Shown: positions 18,751 to 27,540 of the stretch, in pieces
Position numbering within the stretch: position 1 is the first letter of the stretch
Layout: every line of letters starts with the position of its first letter
IMG/VR virus record: IMGVR_UViG_3300042922_001182
Location: 174,985 to 238,984 of that record
Reading direction: 5' to 3' (one strand)
Length of the DNA: 64,000 nucleotides
The notes under the pieces: generated by a model
What the model saw: only the letters and a program-made list of their open reading frames with translations
Database searches by the model: none
Told to the model about the DNA's origin: nothing
Program-made: the position numbers and the translations under genes

Positions 18751-19037
18751 CGACCCCCAACCGAGAAGAGATCGCCCTCCAGCGCACCAACGCCCTCATG
18801 GCCCGCCTAGCCCCCGTGTACGATGGCGTGTACGTCGCCACCGTGGAGGCGAAGATGGATCTGGACCACGCCGAGCTGGCCTACAAGGCGGCGAGCTCGA
18901 ACATGGAATCCGCCAAGGCTCTGTCGAACGTGCTCAACAACCGACCCTCCGTCGCCATGCTCGATTGGGCGGAGAACATCCTCCAGCAGCTGGAGTCCGG
19001 CTACCTGCCCCAGCCCGAGGAAGAGGCGCAGCAGTGA
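18747..19037 (+). CDS. Hypothetical protein
   Basis: ATGA-coupled ORF, 96 aa. Confidence 0.65.
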   Translation: MTTPNREEIALQRTNALMARLAPVYDGVYVATVEAKMDLDHAELAYKAASSNMESAKALSNVLNNRPSVAMLDWAENILQQLESGYLPQPEEEAQQ

Positions 19038-19489
19038 TCGGGACGACGCCCGCTCTGGCCCTGCTGGTCGTCCTCGCGGTCCTACTCAGCGCCCTGGCCC
19101 TGGGGGTGGCCCTCGGTAGGGGCCCCGCCCCCAAGCCCGCAGCGCCCGCCCCCGCGCCCTTCAAGTCCAACTTCGAGGAGGACGTGAAGTACCTCAGCTT
19201 CCTGGTCCTGAGGTCGGTCACGAATCACGTCCTCCTGGTCCTTCGACCGCACATGGACGCCCACCCCAACAAGATCATCAACGACACCATGCTCAGGGAG
19301 GGCATCGAGGCCTGTCTGGATCAGGTCTTCGACAAGATCAGCCCCGAGTACAGGGCGCTCATGTCCAGGTACACCGGAGAGGAGGGCTTCGATCTCCTGG
19401 TCGCGGACATGGTGCTGATCGAGCTCACCAGCGTCGCCACGATGAAGATGAACTCCCCGAGGCTCAAGAAGATGGCCTCCTTCAGCTGA
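19034..19489 (+). CDS. Hypothetical membrane-anchored protein
   Basis: GTG start overlapping the stop; N-terminal TM LALLVVLAVLLSALALGVAL then a Pro/Ala linker. Confidence 0.65.
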   Translation: MIGTTPALALLVVLAVLLSALALGVALGRGPAPKPAAPAPAPFKSNFEEDVKYLSFLVLRSVTNHVLLVLRPHMDAHPNKIINDTMLREGIEACLDQVFDKISPEYRALMSRYTGEEGFDLLVADMVLIELTSVATMKMNSPRLKKMASFS

Positions 19490-19502
19490 CGATCCAGAGA
19501 AC

Positions 19503-19548
19503 GTAGAGACCCCAACGCCGCGATGGCGTTGGGGTCTCTACTTTTTTT
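19503..19548 (+). terminator. Intrinsic terminator
   Basis: GTAGAGACCCCAACGCC/GGCGTTGGGGTCTCTAC 17-bp stem plus T7. Confidence 0.8.
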
Positions 19549-19639
19549 GGCTAGAACGAGAACGGCCTGACGTGGATGACCAACAGGGCCAGAAGGGCCA
19601 CGACCAGGGCCACAGGATATAGGAGCGGTGCTAGACCGC

Positions 19640-19873
19640 CTAGGAGGCGCACCACTCCGCCCTGATGTGCTTGATGTTAGGCTGCTCAGTGAGCCCGTCG
19701 GTGATCACTTCCTTGCAATCGGTGCACTGCACCCACCACTGGAAGCGACCCCCTCCGAGGTCGCCGGTGAAGAGCTCGTGCCTGGTGTGCTTAGCACCTG
19801 GGCACCTCCACCGCTTTCCCTTTCTCGGGCTCTTGTCGCCCTCACCATTCCCGCCTTTGCTTTTGTCCGCCAT
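19640..19873 (-). CDS. Small Zn-ribbon-like protein
   Basis: CPGAKH..CTDC; late promoter at 19922-19933. Confidence 0.55.
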   Translation of the reverse strand: MADKSKGGNGEGDKSPRKGKRWRCPGAKHTRHELFTGDLGGGRFQWWVQCTDCKEVITDGLTEQPNIKHIRAEWCAS

Positions 19874-19921
19874 AAGGATCCCTCTTCCATTTCCGGGCGG
19901 TTGGACCACCCTTGTAGGCGC

Positions 19922-19933
19922 TATCTTGGTGTT
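19922..19933 (-). promoter_or_regulatory. Late-type promoter AACA-N6-TA
   Basis: AACAccaagaTA. Confidence 0.65.
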
Positions 19934-19946
19934 ACCCGAGGGCGCT

Positions 19947-20726
19947 CTACAGGATCAGGGAGATTAGCGGGATGAGGACGCGGGTGTAGTTGTACGTGAT
20001 GTCGATCTCGTCGAGGTCGCCCTCCGTGGCGTTGTGCATGTAGACGGGGGAGCCCGTCACGGAGAGCCTGGTGCGGTAGGCGTTGTTCAGCCCCATCTCC
20101 CGGTACGTCTCGACTGGGAGGTCCCGGCTGAGGTACTTGGATCGATACCTGCGGAGGACCGCTAAAATGCCTGCTTGGTCCAGTCGCTCGGAGGCCCTCA
20201 CGAGGCCCCCGAGGTCCTTGATCAGGAAGTCCTGCTGGGACTCCCTCGCCCCCTTGGCGATGCCCTTCACGTCGAGGCGGTCGTCCCACGCGCTGTAGTA
20301 CAGCTCCACCTGGCGATCCAGCCGGTAGAAAGAGCTGTAACGGTTCTTGGCCTTGAAGCGGTATGCTCCGTTGCAGACCTCGGTCTTGAGTGCGGTCCTA
20401 CCGACGACGAAGAGGGCGTCCCTCTTGATGGCGAGGATCTGGTAGTCCTCGATGCCGTTGTCCTCGACGAAGGCCACGCGGGCCCTCGCCAGCTCGGCCA
20501 TGAACTCCTTGGAGGCGGTCTTGTTGTCGATGAGCAGCTTGCCCACCGCCACGTTTCGCTCGTGCTTGCCGAGGCCCTCCAGGCGCTCGATGACGCCGTC
20601 CTTGAAGATGCGGCGTCGCTTGATTATGCTCCAGCCCGCGTCCTCCATGTCGTACTCCCTGAGCACGGTGGAGCGCAGGTTCAGGACCGCGTTGTTGCTG
20701 TACTGGTGGCGCTCCGCCAGGCTCAT
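19947..20726 (-). CDS. Family-B DNA polymerase-like palm/thumb fragment
   Basis: REYDMEDAG and ILAIKRDALFV resemble PolB motifs A and C; SD TAAGGAG before ATG 20726. Confidence 0.5.
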   Translation of the reverse strand: MSLAERHQYSNNAVLNLRSTVLREYDMEDAGWSIIKRRRIFKDGVIERLEGLGKHERNVAVGKLLIDNKTASKEFMAELARARVAFVEDNGIEDYQILAIKRDALFVVGRTALKTEVCNGAYRFKAKNRYSSFYRLDRQVELYYSAWDDRLDVKGIAKGARESQQDFLIKDLGGLVRASERLDQAGILAVLRRYRSKYLSRDLPVETYREMGLNNAYRTRLSVTGSPVYMHNATEGDLDEIDITYNYTRVLIPLISLIL

Positions 20727-20737
20727 TCTGTGTCTCC

Positions 20738-20944
20738 TTAGTCTACCCTGCCGACGCCGCAGTGGCACTGGCAATCGCACTCTTCTTTCGCTCCCTCCGG
20801 GGAGAAGGCGACCGCTAGGCCGCTGAACACCAGGAGGCCCACCACGATCCAGAAGTAGCGGTTGAACAGGACCTCCCAGTCCGGGGCCCGCTGGCTCCCG
20901 ACCCACCGCTTCAGCCGTCTCTTGAGCTCCCTCATCACACCCAC
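20738..20944 (-). CDS. Small membrane protein
   Basis: One TM segment; Cys-rich tail CDCQCHC. Confidence 0.55.
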   Translation of the reverse strand: MGVMRELKRRLKRWVGSQRAPDWEVLFNRYFWIVVGLLVFSGLAVAFSPEGAKEECDCQCHCGVGRVD

Positions 20945-21087
20945 CTCCCGGTGATCTTGTGGAACGCCGTCGCGAGCATCGCCACGGCGACCAGGAGCAT
21001 GACGAATGACGTCGTCAGCTCCTCGTGGTTGTCAGCCACCCAATCCGCCGCCTTGCCGAGGGCGTCCTGCACCACCCGGGGGTACAT
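20935..21087 (-). CDS. Small membrane protein
   Basis: TGATG overlap with the kinase stop; TM SFVMLLVAVAMLATAF. Confidence 0.5.
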   Translation of the reverse strand: MYPRVVQDALGKAADWVADNHEELTTSFVMLLVAVAMLATAFHKITGRWV

Positions 21088-21683
21088 CAGTCGTCCCTCG
21101 GGTCGGCAACACCGGAGGTCATCAGCTCTACGGGGGCCTCCTTGGCGTCGGGCGGCAGGTAGCCGCGCTCCACGAGGAGGTCCACTACCCCCTGGCACTG
21201 GACGTAGGGGCCGTTCTCCTGACGCACGAAGACGAAGTCGCACATGCGCAGGACCCTGGCCTCCTCGGCCACGAAGCCCGCGTCGCGGCCCTCGCGGACC
21301 ACGGGGTTCAGCACGTCCAAGCCCAGGAAGAAGTAGTCCCAGCCGTGTAGCTCGGCCTGCTCGCGGAAGTCCACGAATCCGGCCCGGTTGAGGATGATCG
21401 TGTTGACCCGGTCGGTGTTGACGGACTCGGGCTTGGTGCCGTAGCTGTTACCCAGGAAGTGCGTGCGGCCGATCAGGCCCGACTCCATCTCGTGGTACCG
21501 CTCGCGGTCGATGAACTCGTAGGTGTCGTCCGGCTCGTCGGCCCTCTGCGCCCTGGTGGTGACCTGAACGGTCTTGTTGAACAGGTCCGGGCGCTCCCGC
21601 ACCAGGGCCCGTTCGAGCTCGTTCTTGCCGGAGCCGGAGACCCCGGCGATGATCAGGAAGCGCCTGTCTTGTTGTTGGTTCAT
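21087..21683 (-). CDS. gmk: Guanylate kinase-like protein
   Basis: P-loop GVSGSGK, VTTRAQR..E....YEFI and GNSYGT motifs; late promoter at 21714-21725. Confidence 0.8.
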   Translation of the reverse strand: MNQQQDRRFLIIAGVSGSGKNELERALVRERPDLFNKTVQVTTRAQRADEPDDTYEFIDRERYHEMESGLIGRTHFLGNSYGTKPESVNTDRVNTIILNRAGFVDFREQAELHGWDYFFLGLDVLNPVVREGRDAGFVAEEARVLRMCDFVFVRQENGPYVQCQGVVDLLVERGYLPPDAKEAPVELMTSGVADPRDD

Positions 21684-21713
21684 GGTGTTACCTCTCTGGA
21701 AGAGTCTCGCGTT

Positions 21714-21725
21714 TAGGGGGTTGTT
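21714..21725 (-). promoter_or_regulatory. Late-type promoter AACA-N6-TA
   Basis: AACAacccccTA. Confidence 0.7.
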
Positions 21726-21769
21726 GGGGAGGGGTTTAGCGCGGTAGGCGGGATGCTCCTTCCGGAAAC

Positions 21770-21800
21770 CGAATCTAGGCAAAACCCGAACGCATATTAT
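21770..21800 (+). promoter_or_regulatory. Bipartite early-type promoter CGAATCT-N16-CATATTAT
   Basis: Exact 16-nt spacer. Confidence 0.75.
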
Positions 21801-21866
21801 TACTGTGACATGATAAGGCATTGGAGACGATGCCTGCCTTATAGCTCTTGAAAGGAGCCCAACACC

Positions 21867-22232
21867 ATGACCACCACCAACATCACCGCCGCCGCCGAGC
21901 TCTCGATCGAGCAGCTGGAAGCCCTCCTCGCCAAGAAGAAGGCTGTGGAGAGCGAGCAGAAGGCCATCGAGGGCGGTGCCAAGACCTACGCCATCTGGCT
22001 CACCACGCTCGGCGACAACGTCAAGTTCGGCCAGATCGTCAAGCTCGTGAAGATGATCGGCGACGAGCCCTTCATGAGCATGATGCACAGCTTCGAGAAT
22101 ACCACCGCCCTGAAGACCTTCGTCAAGGTCCTGGCCTGCTCGACCGCCCGCCCCGGCAACGCGGACGACTGCATCATCCTGGGCGGTCGCTACGCCGTGG
22201 AGGCCCTGGCCAAGGAGAACGGCTGGATGTAA
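21867..22232 (+). CDS. Hypothetical early protein
   Basis: SD AAAGGAG; bipartite early promoter upstream; terminator downstream. Confidence 0.8.
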   Translation: MTTTNITAAAELSIEQLEALLAKKKAVESEQKAIEGGAKTYAIWLTTLGDNVKFGQIVKLVKMIGDEPFMSMMHSFENTTALKTFVKVLACSTARPGNADDCIILGGRYAVEALAKENGWM

Positions 22233-22235
22233 GAG

Positions 22236-22267
22236 GAACGGGAGCCTTCGGGTTCCCTTTTCTTTTT
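22236..22267 (+). terminator. Intrinsic terminator
   Basis: GGGAGCC TTCG GGTTCCC plus T-tract. Confidence 0.7.
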
Positions 22268-22272
22268 GCCCA

Positions 22273-22280
22273 TATATTAT
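22273..22280 (+). promoter_or_regulatory. Early-type motif TATATTAT
   Basis: Just after a terminator, upstream of 22307. Confidence 0.65.
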
Positions 22281-22306
22281 AACGTGACTAGCGAAAGGAG
22301 TCTTTC

Positions 22307-22963
22307 ATGAGTATCGTTATCCCCTACTGTGTTCCTAACACCGAGGTACTGCGTTCCCACATTCCCCTCTGGGCCTTTCCGGCTGTCTCCGAGGCGATCA
22401 AGATGGCCACAGCACAGAACGCCTGGGGGACCGGGAGCGTTGAGGTGATGCTTGACCGCTCGGACGTGCTGCGGTTCGAGGGGGTTGGCATGGCGCGCTC
22501 CCTGGAGGACGGTGGTCCAGAGGACGCGACCTTCGACGAGGAGCGCGGCTGCTGGAGTCTGCTGTTCAACTCCCCGAGCGGTCGCTGGCGGCAGGTGGTC
22601 GTCAACGAACAACATCTCGGTGAGCGAGAGAAGTCAATCCTGATGGACAGGAAGCTGGCCTTCGAGCAGCTCCGGGAGAAGCAGCTGGAGAAGTCCAGGG
22701 TCCTGGTGCGGTGGGCCCTCTCCCAGCAGAGCCTCAACCTGGCCGCCGTGATGGTGGTCCTTGGCGATGTGGGTCTGGATCTCTGTCAGAAGAGCCTGGC
22801 ATTCCTCGGTAACGAGGAGCTGCGCCTCTTCGGGGATATCCTTCTGCGATCCTGCCTCGGTGCGGATCCCCACTCCGACGTCACCGTGGAGGCCACTCGC
22901 CTCCTCTCTGATCTGGACGACTCGCTTGAGTATGTCCAACGGAGAATCATCTCTAAGACCTAA
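22307..22963 (+). CDS. Hypothetical early protein
   Basis: TATATTAT at 22273-22280; SD AAAGGAG. Confidence 0.75.
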   Translation: MSIVIPYCVPNTEVLRSHIPLWAFPAVSEAIKMATAQNAWGTGSVEVMLDRSDVLRFEGVGMARSLEDGGPEDATFDEERGCWSLLFNSPSGRWRQVVVNEQHLGEREKSILMDRKLAFEQLREKQLEKSRVLVRWALSQQSLNLAAVMVVLGDVGLDLCQKSLAFLGNEELRLFGDILLRSCLGADPHSDVTVEATRLLSDLDDSLEYVQRRIISKT

Positions 22964-22973
22964 GGGTGGAAAC

Positions 22974-23004
22974 CGAATCTTCTGCAATCGTCTCCATATA
23001 TTAT
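22974..23004 (+). promoter_or_regulatory. Bipartite early-type promoter CGAATCT-N16-TATATTAT
   Basis: Exact 16-nt spacer. Confidence 0.75.
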
Positions 23005-23043
23005 CTACATGACATACACCCCCATTAGATAGGAGATGATAAA

Positions 23044-23361
23044 ATGAAGCAAGAAGGTTGCAAGGATCGCGACTGCGGCGTCGTGTCGGATCTCGGCGTG
23101 TTGACCTGTCAGCGTTGCGCCGCCGTCCGGGACGCGGCCAGCACCCCCGTGGGCCAGCAGAAGGCCAAGGTGGCCCGGCTCAAGTCCTTGGCCGAGTCCA
23201 TGGAGGCCGACTACCACCGGAAGCTCCGTAAGGGGTTCGAGGACGAGATAGCCAAGGCGGAGCTCCTGATGGACAAAGCCCAGGACGAGTACTACGAGGA
23301 GGACATGAAGCTCTCCGAGATGCTCTACGCCGAGGAAGACAATGAGAGGAACGCCGCGTGA
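23044..23361 (+). CDS. Hypothetical early coiled-coil/Zn protein
   Basis: CKDRDC..CQRC then an acidic helix; bipartite early promoter upstream. Confidence 0.7.
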   Translation: MKQEGCKDRDCGVVSDLGVLTCQRCAAVRDAASTPVGQQKAKVARLKSLAESMEADYHRKLRKGFEDEIAKAELLMDKAQDEYYEEDMKLSEMLYAEEDNERNAA

Positions 23362-23386
23362 GCGGCGTTCCTCTTTCTTTTTTTTT
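23345..23386. terminator. Terminator between convergent genes
   Basis: AGAGGAACGCCGC/GCGGCGTTCCTCT plus T-run. Confidence 0.75.
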
Positions 23387-23387
23387 G

Positions 23388-24086
23388 CTACGACGTCGGT
23401 CCCTTGAGCCTGCCGGTGCCCTTGCACCTGCGGTGGCCCGAGGGGTCGTTGTTGAACTTCAGCTGCTCCTTCTTGGACTTCCTGCGAAGGTGGTCCTGGA
23501 GGTTGGCGTCCTCCTTGCGGTAGGACTCGCTGCCGTCCCACTGGGTGCCCTTGACGTGGGTGTTGAACAACCTGTCCTTCGCCAGGGCGTCGCAGCGGTC
23601 GTTCAGCACGGAGTCGGTCTCGAAGGAGTCCGTGTGGGCCTTGACCCACTTGAAGTCCATCATGAAGTCCGGGTGCTCCATGCACGCGAGGATCCTGACC
23701 CAGAGGTCCCTGTTGGGCACGGGGTTCCCGGTCGAGTTGACCCAGGCGTTCTTCTGCCACGTCCTGAGGTAGTTGTTGATCGACTTGATGACGTAGGCCG
23801 AGTCCGACACCACGGTCACCCGGATGGGCTTGGGGACGTTGCTCAGGTCCCACGCGTTCAGCAGGTCCTCCATGCCCAGGAGCACCGCCCGGAGCTCTCC
23901 CTCGTTGTTGGTGATGCCCTCGGTCGAGTCCACCATCTCCCCGATGACGTCGCCGTTCATCGTGGTGATGCACGCCCACGCGGCGAAGCAGGGCTTGCTG
24001 GGGTCCTTCCGCCCGTTGTTGAACGAGGCGGCGTCCCCGTAGATCCTGAACCTCAGGCCGCCGTCGCGGTTGGGTCTCCTGCGCAT
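23388..24086 (-). CDS. rnhA: Ribonuclease HI
   Basis: IYGDAAS, TNNEGELRA, VVSDSAYV, PNRDLW, FKWVKAH and NDRCDALAK motifs. Confidence 0.92.
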   Translation of the reverse strand: MRRRPNRDGGLRFRIYGDAASFNNGRKDPSKPCFAAWACITTMNGDVIGEMVDSTEGITNNEGELRAVLLGMEDLLNAWDLSNVPKPIRVTVVSDSAYVIKSINNYLRTWQKNAWVNSTGNPVPNRDLWVRILACMEHPDFMMDFKWVKAHTDSFETDSVLNDRCDALAKDRLFNTHVKGTQWDGSESYRKEDANLQDHLRRKSKKEQLKFNNDPSGHRRCKGTGRLKGPTS

Positions 24087-24144
24087 GTCTCCTCCTAAAT
24101 CTCCCTAGGGGGCTTTTGGACGGGGGAGGGCCGGTGCCCGCCCC

Positions 24145-24156
24145 CATCTTGGTGTT
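24145..24156 (-). promoter_or_regulatory. Late-type promoter AACA-N6-TG
   Basis: AACAccaagaTG upstream of RNase H. Confidence 0.55.
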
Positions 24157-24173
24157 CCCGGCCCCCTAACCGG

Positions 24174-24488
24174 CTAGCCGCCAGCCGGTGCGTGGTCGCC
24201 GACGCTGGCGTAGATGAAGAAGCCCTGGGTGCGATGGTCCAGGCTGACCAAGCGGAGGCGGACCTCGTCGGCGAGGTCGAGGTGCCTCACCCTCACCGGG
24301 CCCTTCTCGATGGAGGGCTGGACCATCGCCACCTCCCCGTTCACCAGGACCTCCACGGCGGCGTATCCCTCGGAGCCGAAGTTGCCCTCGATGAGGACGA
24401 CGCCCTGGCCCCTGCAGTCGATGGGGGGAGTGGTGATAGAGGCCCCCGGGTCGAGGCGCCCGACTTGGTAGATGGTGTGCTGTATCAT
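24174..24488 (-). CDS. Hypothetical beta-rich protein
   Basis: Start at MIQHTIY (24488), coupled to the upstream gene. Confidence 0.55.
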   Translation of the reverse strand: MIQHTIYQVGRLDPGASITTPPIDCRGQGVVLIEGNFGSEGYAAVEVLVNGEVAMVQPSIEKGPVRVRHLDLADEVRLRLVSLDHRTQGFFIYASVGDHAPAGG

Positions 24489-24489
24489 C

Positions 24490-25221
24490 CTACGCGGTGG
24501 CCTCCCTGTTCTCGATGACGAGGTCCTCAAGGGTCAGGGGGCGCATGCCCTCCATCTCGACGATGGTGATCGTCCGCTCAAGGGCCTCCGGGACGCGGTC
24601 GCACGCGCCGATACGCTCCATGCGCTCGGCGACGTCGAGCAGGGTGCGGAGGCGGATGAGCTGCTCGTCGTCGAAGCCCTCGCGGTACCGGTTGACGAAC
24701 GTGCGCATGTCGCCGAAGACCTGGTCGGCCGTGATGAACAGGTCGCCGCTGTGGACCAGCTTGTGGGCCGTATTCGACAGGGGGACCAGGGGAATGATGT
24801 TCTCGTAGTGGCACTTCAGGATCTCGTCCGCGATGTCGTAGGGGGAGATCCTGGTGGCCGGACCGCCCTTGACGCACCTCGCCCGCACGACCGCGCTAGT
24901 GACGTCGTACAGGGTCAGGATGGCGTGGTGCATCTCGATCTTGACGCCCTTGTGCTCCTTGGGGTCCGCGCCCGCGATGAACGAGCACCGGCTGATGTCG
25001 AGGCCGGTGCCGACGTAGTGGACGTAGTCCCGGTACTCCATCGACCCGCGCACGATGCGCTCCACGCGCTTCACGTAGTTCTTGAAGTCCTTGGCCTCGT
25101 CGATCTGCCAGGCCTGCATCCTGTGGTCGGTGGTCCTGATCTTCTGGGGGACGCTCAGGGTCTCGAACTTCTCCTGATCGTCGCCGGAGCCCCTCACGGC
25201 CCCGCTGTTGGGCAACTTCAT
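24490..25221 (-). CDS. HNH/His-Me-finger-like protein (paralog A)
   Basis: RCSF..IEMHHAILTLYD..LVPLSNTAHKLVHSG. Confidence 0.5.
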   Translation of the reverse strand: MKLPNSGAVRGSGDDQEKFETLSVPQKIRTTDHRMQAWQIDEAKDFKNYVKRVERIVRGSMEYRDYVHYVGTGLDISRCSFIAGADPKEHKGVKIEMHHAILTLYDVTSAVVRARCVKGGPATRISPYDIADEILKCHYENIIPLVPLSNTAHKLVHSGDLFITADQVFGDMRTFVNRYREGFDDEQLIRLRTLLDVAERMERIGACDRVPEALERTITIVEMEGMRPLTLEDLVIENREATA

Positions 25222-25233
25222 CTCACACCTCCT

Positions 25234-25593
25234 CTAGCTGGTCCAGATGCTCGCCGAAGCCGGGAGCACCATGGAGAGACCTTCGCGGTTGTTGTGCTCC
25301 TCGCAGAGGTCGTAGGGCGTCTCGTTGCAGACGGCGAGGCCCTGGGTGAACTCGCCGCAGACCCTGCACTTGTGCATGCTGTTGCCGCCGCCCTTGACGC
25401 CGTACCGGGTCAGGTGGTCCAGCTTGTACTGCCTGTAGTGCTCTGCGGCACCCTCCCGGCTGTCGTGGCCGGGGCAGCCGTCGGCGCAGTAGCCGGTCGG
25501 GGCGACGACCCCCCGGATGTCGGAGGTCATATGGAACAGACCCGTGCCGACGCCATTCTCGTCCGCCTTCTCCAAAACAGTGTAGTGGCGCAT
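25234..25593 (-). CDS. Hypothetical Cys/His-rich protein
   Basis: YCADGCPGH, CRVC, CEEH. Confidence 0.65.
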   Translation of the reverse strand: MRHYTVLEKADENGVGTGLFHMTSDIRGVVAPTGYCADGCPGHDSREGAAEHYRQYKLDHLTRYGVKGGGNSMHKCRVCGEFTQGLAVCNETPYDLCEEHNNREGLSMVLPASASIWTS

Positions 25594-25596
25594 ATG

Positions 25597-26289
25597 CTAA
25601 ACCTCCTCCGACCCCATGGGGGTCACTCCGCTCTTGTTCCAAGTCCTGCGCTCGTAGGCCAGGGCGCCGCCGTGGGGGGCGCTGCGCTGGCTCTCCTCCA
25701 CCAGGGTGGCCAGCTTGTCGAAGTTCTTAGGGTGGACGCCCTCCTTGTACTTCTCGACGAAGGCGCGGATGTCCCCGAAGACCATGGACAGGGGGATGAA
25801 CAGCTGGCCGCTGTGGGCCATCTGGTGGGCCGTCTCGGAGAGCATGACCCCGCCGATACGGTCGGCGTAGTGCTCCTCCAGGAGCCTGTCGACCAGCCTC
25901 GGAACGGAGACCATCTCGCCGTTCAGGGCCATCTGCACGGCGATCGCCTCGGCGCAGTCGTACAGGGTCAGGGGGTAGTGGTGGAACTCGATGTCGGCGT
26001 TGTCGCCGTCGACGTTGCCCAGGAAGGCGCACCGGTCCATCCCCACGCTGCTCCTGAGGTAGGCCAGGTACGACGTGTACTCGTCGCTGCGCCTGAACAG
26101 AGTCTCCGCGTTCTTCACGAACTTCTTGAGCCTCTTGGGGTCGGCGTCGAAGCTCTCCGTGTAGTAGGGGAGGACGTAGTATCCTCCGTCCCTGACCTCC
26201 ACGTTGCCGTTCTTCAGCCGGAAGGCGTCGATATTGGCCACCTTGCCTAGGGGCTGCTCCTCCGCGCCGTTATCGAAATAGTCGTCCAT
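25597..26289 (-). CDS. HNH/His-Me-finger-like protein (paralog B)
   Basis: RCAF..IEFHHYPLTLYD..VMLSETAHQMAHSG; late promoter at 26317-26328. Confidence 0.5.
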   Translation of the reverse strand: MDDYFDNGAEEQPLGKVANIDAFRLKNGNVEVRDGGYYVLPYYTESFDADPKRLKKFVKNAETLFRRSDEYTSYLAYLRSSVGMDRCAFLGNVDGDNADIEFHHYPLTLYDCAEAIAVQMALNGEMVSVPRLVDRLLEEHYADRIGGVMLSETAHQMAHSGQLFIPLSMVFGDIRAFVEKYKEGVHPKNFDKLATLVEESQRSAPHGGALAYERRTWNKSGVTPMGSEEV

Positions 26290-26316
26290 CTCTTGGATCT
26301 CCTTTCCTCTCTATCC

Positions 26317-26328
26317 TAATCATTTGTT
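26317..26328 (-). promoter_or_regulatory. Late-type promoter AACA-N6-TA
   Basis: AACAaatgatTA. Confidence 0.7.
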
Positions 26329-26341
26329 CGCCGTTCGTCCA

Positions 26342-26349
26342 CATATTAT
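26342..26349 (+). promoter_or_regulatory. Early-type motif CATATTAT
   Basis: Upstream of 26386. Confidence 0.65.
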
Positions 26350-26385
26350 GAGGGTGAATCCTATTGAACCAAACCGCAAGGAGGT

Positions 26386-27531
26386 ATGGAGTTGCGCGAT
26401 ACCGATAGCACTAAGAAGAAAGAAATGATCGAGTTCATCTTCAAGGCGATCGTGTCCTACATGGAAAGGCACAGCCTGGCCACCGATAGCTTCGAGAACT
26501 ACGATAAGGATAGAGCCTGCACCGCCGCCTACCAGAGCCACATCGAGGCGATCCTTAGTGGGTTGGGGCTCAACTGGCACGTCGTGTTCGACATTATGTC
26601 ACCCGGTGGGAACATCCTCGCGATGAGCTCCGCGAAAGATGTCCCCACGACGGAGGGTGGTACCATGTACCGTGGTTGCGTGAAGTACCTGACGGATTTC
26701 CTCGGAGGTCTGTACGGCAACGCATCGGGCCACCCCGGCGTCGACTACTTCGCCGCCGATCTGTACGACATGGCCGTTGAGAGCAACACCACGCTCCGGG
26801 TGCCCCACTGGGACGTGGCCACCCCGAAGGAAACCCGGAAGGCTGAGCCGGTGACCTTCGAGGTCAGCGTGCTCCTGTTCAGCAGGGAGAAGCTACGCAT
26901 GTACCAGTCCGAAATCGCCAGGGCCGAAGAGTGCGAGGCCAACCCTAGCACCATCCCCGACGAAGAGTTGCTCGGCATGGCCGTCACCAACTTCGGGGAG
27001 GCGAGGTCACTGGAGATGGGCTACCAGATCCGCACCTGCAGGGTCGTCCATAAAGCCACGGCACTGGAGGAAGGGGAGAAGGAGGCCGACACGAAGCTGC
27101 TGGAGTACTGGCAGCTCGGCACCCACTTCCCCTTCAACCCCACGGAGGCGGACCTCCGTGATCTGGAGGCGACCCGAGAGGTCGTACTGAGGTACATGGT
27201 GGACAACTCCCTGGGCACCGGGGCGTTCAACCAGTCCAATAGCGCCCCGAACGAGGCGTCGGAGGTCATCGACCACTACCGGGCCATCCTCAACAAGCTG
27301 GAGCTCGACACCGACGGCTGGGACGTGCGCTTCACCTCCGGCGAGACCTTCTACGAGCTCACGGCCGAGCGCCAGACCACCGAGTACGGCGGTCTCCTCG
27401 GGTCCCTGACTTGCATGAAGCAGGTGAAGAAGATCGCCCACATCTTCAACGGAACCTACAACAACGTGGACACCGCAGCGAAGTTCCTCGCCCTCGACCT
27501 CGTCGACATGAAGAGACTGTCAGAAAGGTAG
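26386..27531 (+). CDS. Hypothetical early protein
   Basis: 381 aa; SD AAGGAGG; CATATTAT at 26342-26349. Confidence 0.75.
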   Translation: MELRDTDSTKKKEMIEFIFKAIVSYMERHSLATDSFENYDKDRACTAAYQSHIEAILSGLGLNWHVVFDIMSPGGNILAMSSAKDVPTTEGGTMYRGCVKYLTDFLGGLYGNASGHPGVDYFAADLYDMAVESNTTLRVPHWDVATPKETRKAEPVTFEVSVLLFSREKLRMYQSEIARAEECEANPSTIPDEELLGMAVTNFGEARSLEMGYQIRTCRVVHKATALEEGEKEADTKLLEYWQLGTHFPFNPTEADLRDLEATREVVLRYMVDNSLGTGAFNQSNSAPNEASEVIDHYRAILNKLELDTDGWDVRFTSGETFYELTAERQTTEYGGLLGSLTCMKQVKKIAHIFNGTYNNVDTAAKFLALDLVDMKRLSER

Positions 27532-27540
27532 GCTAGAGCC

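Noticed and set aside
20738-21087. Holin/spanin lysis cassette from two small membrane genes
   Set aside because: No adjacent endolysin or lipobox; membrane segments alone are insufficient
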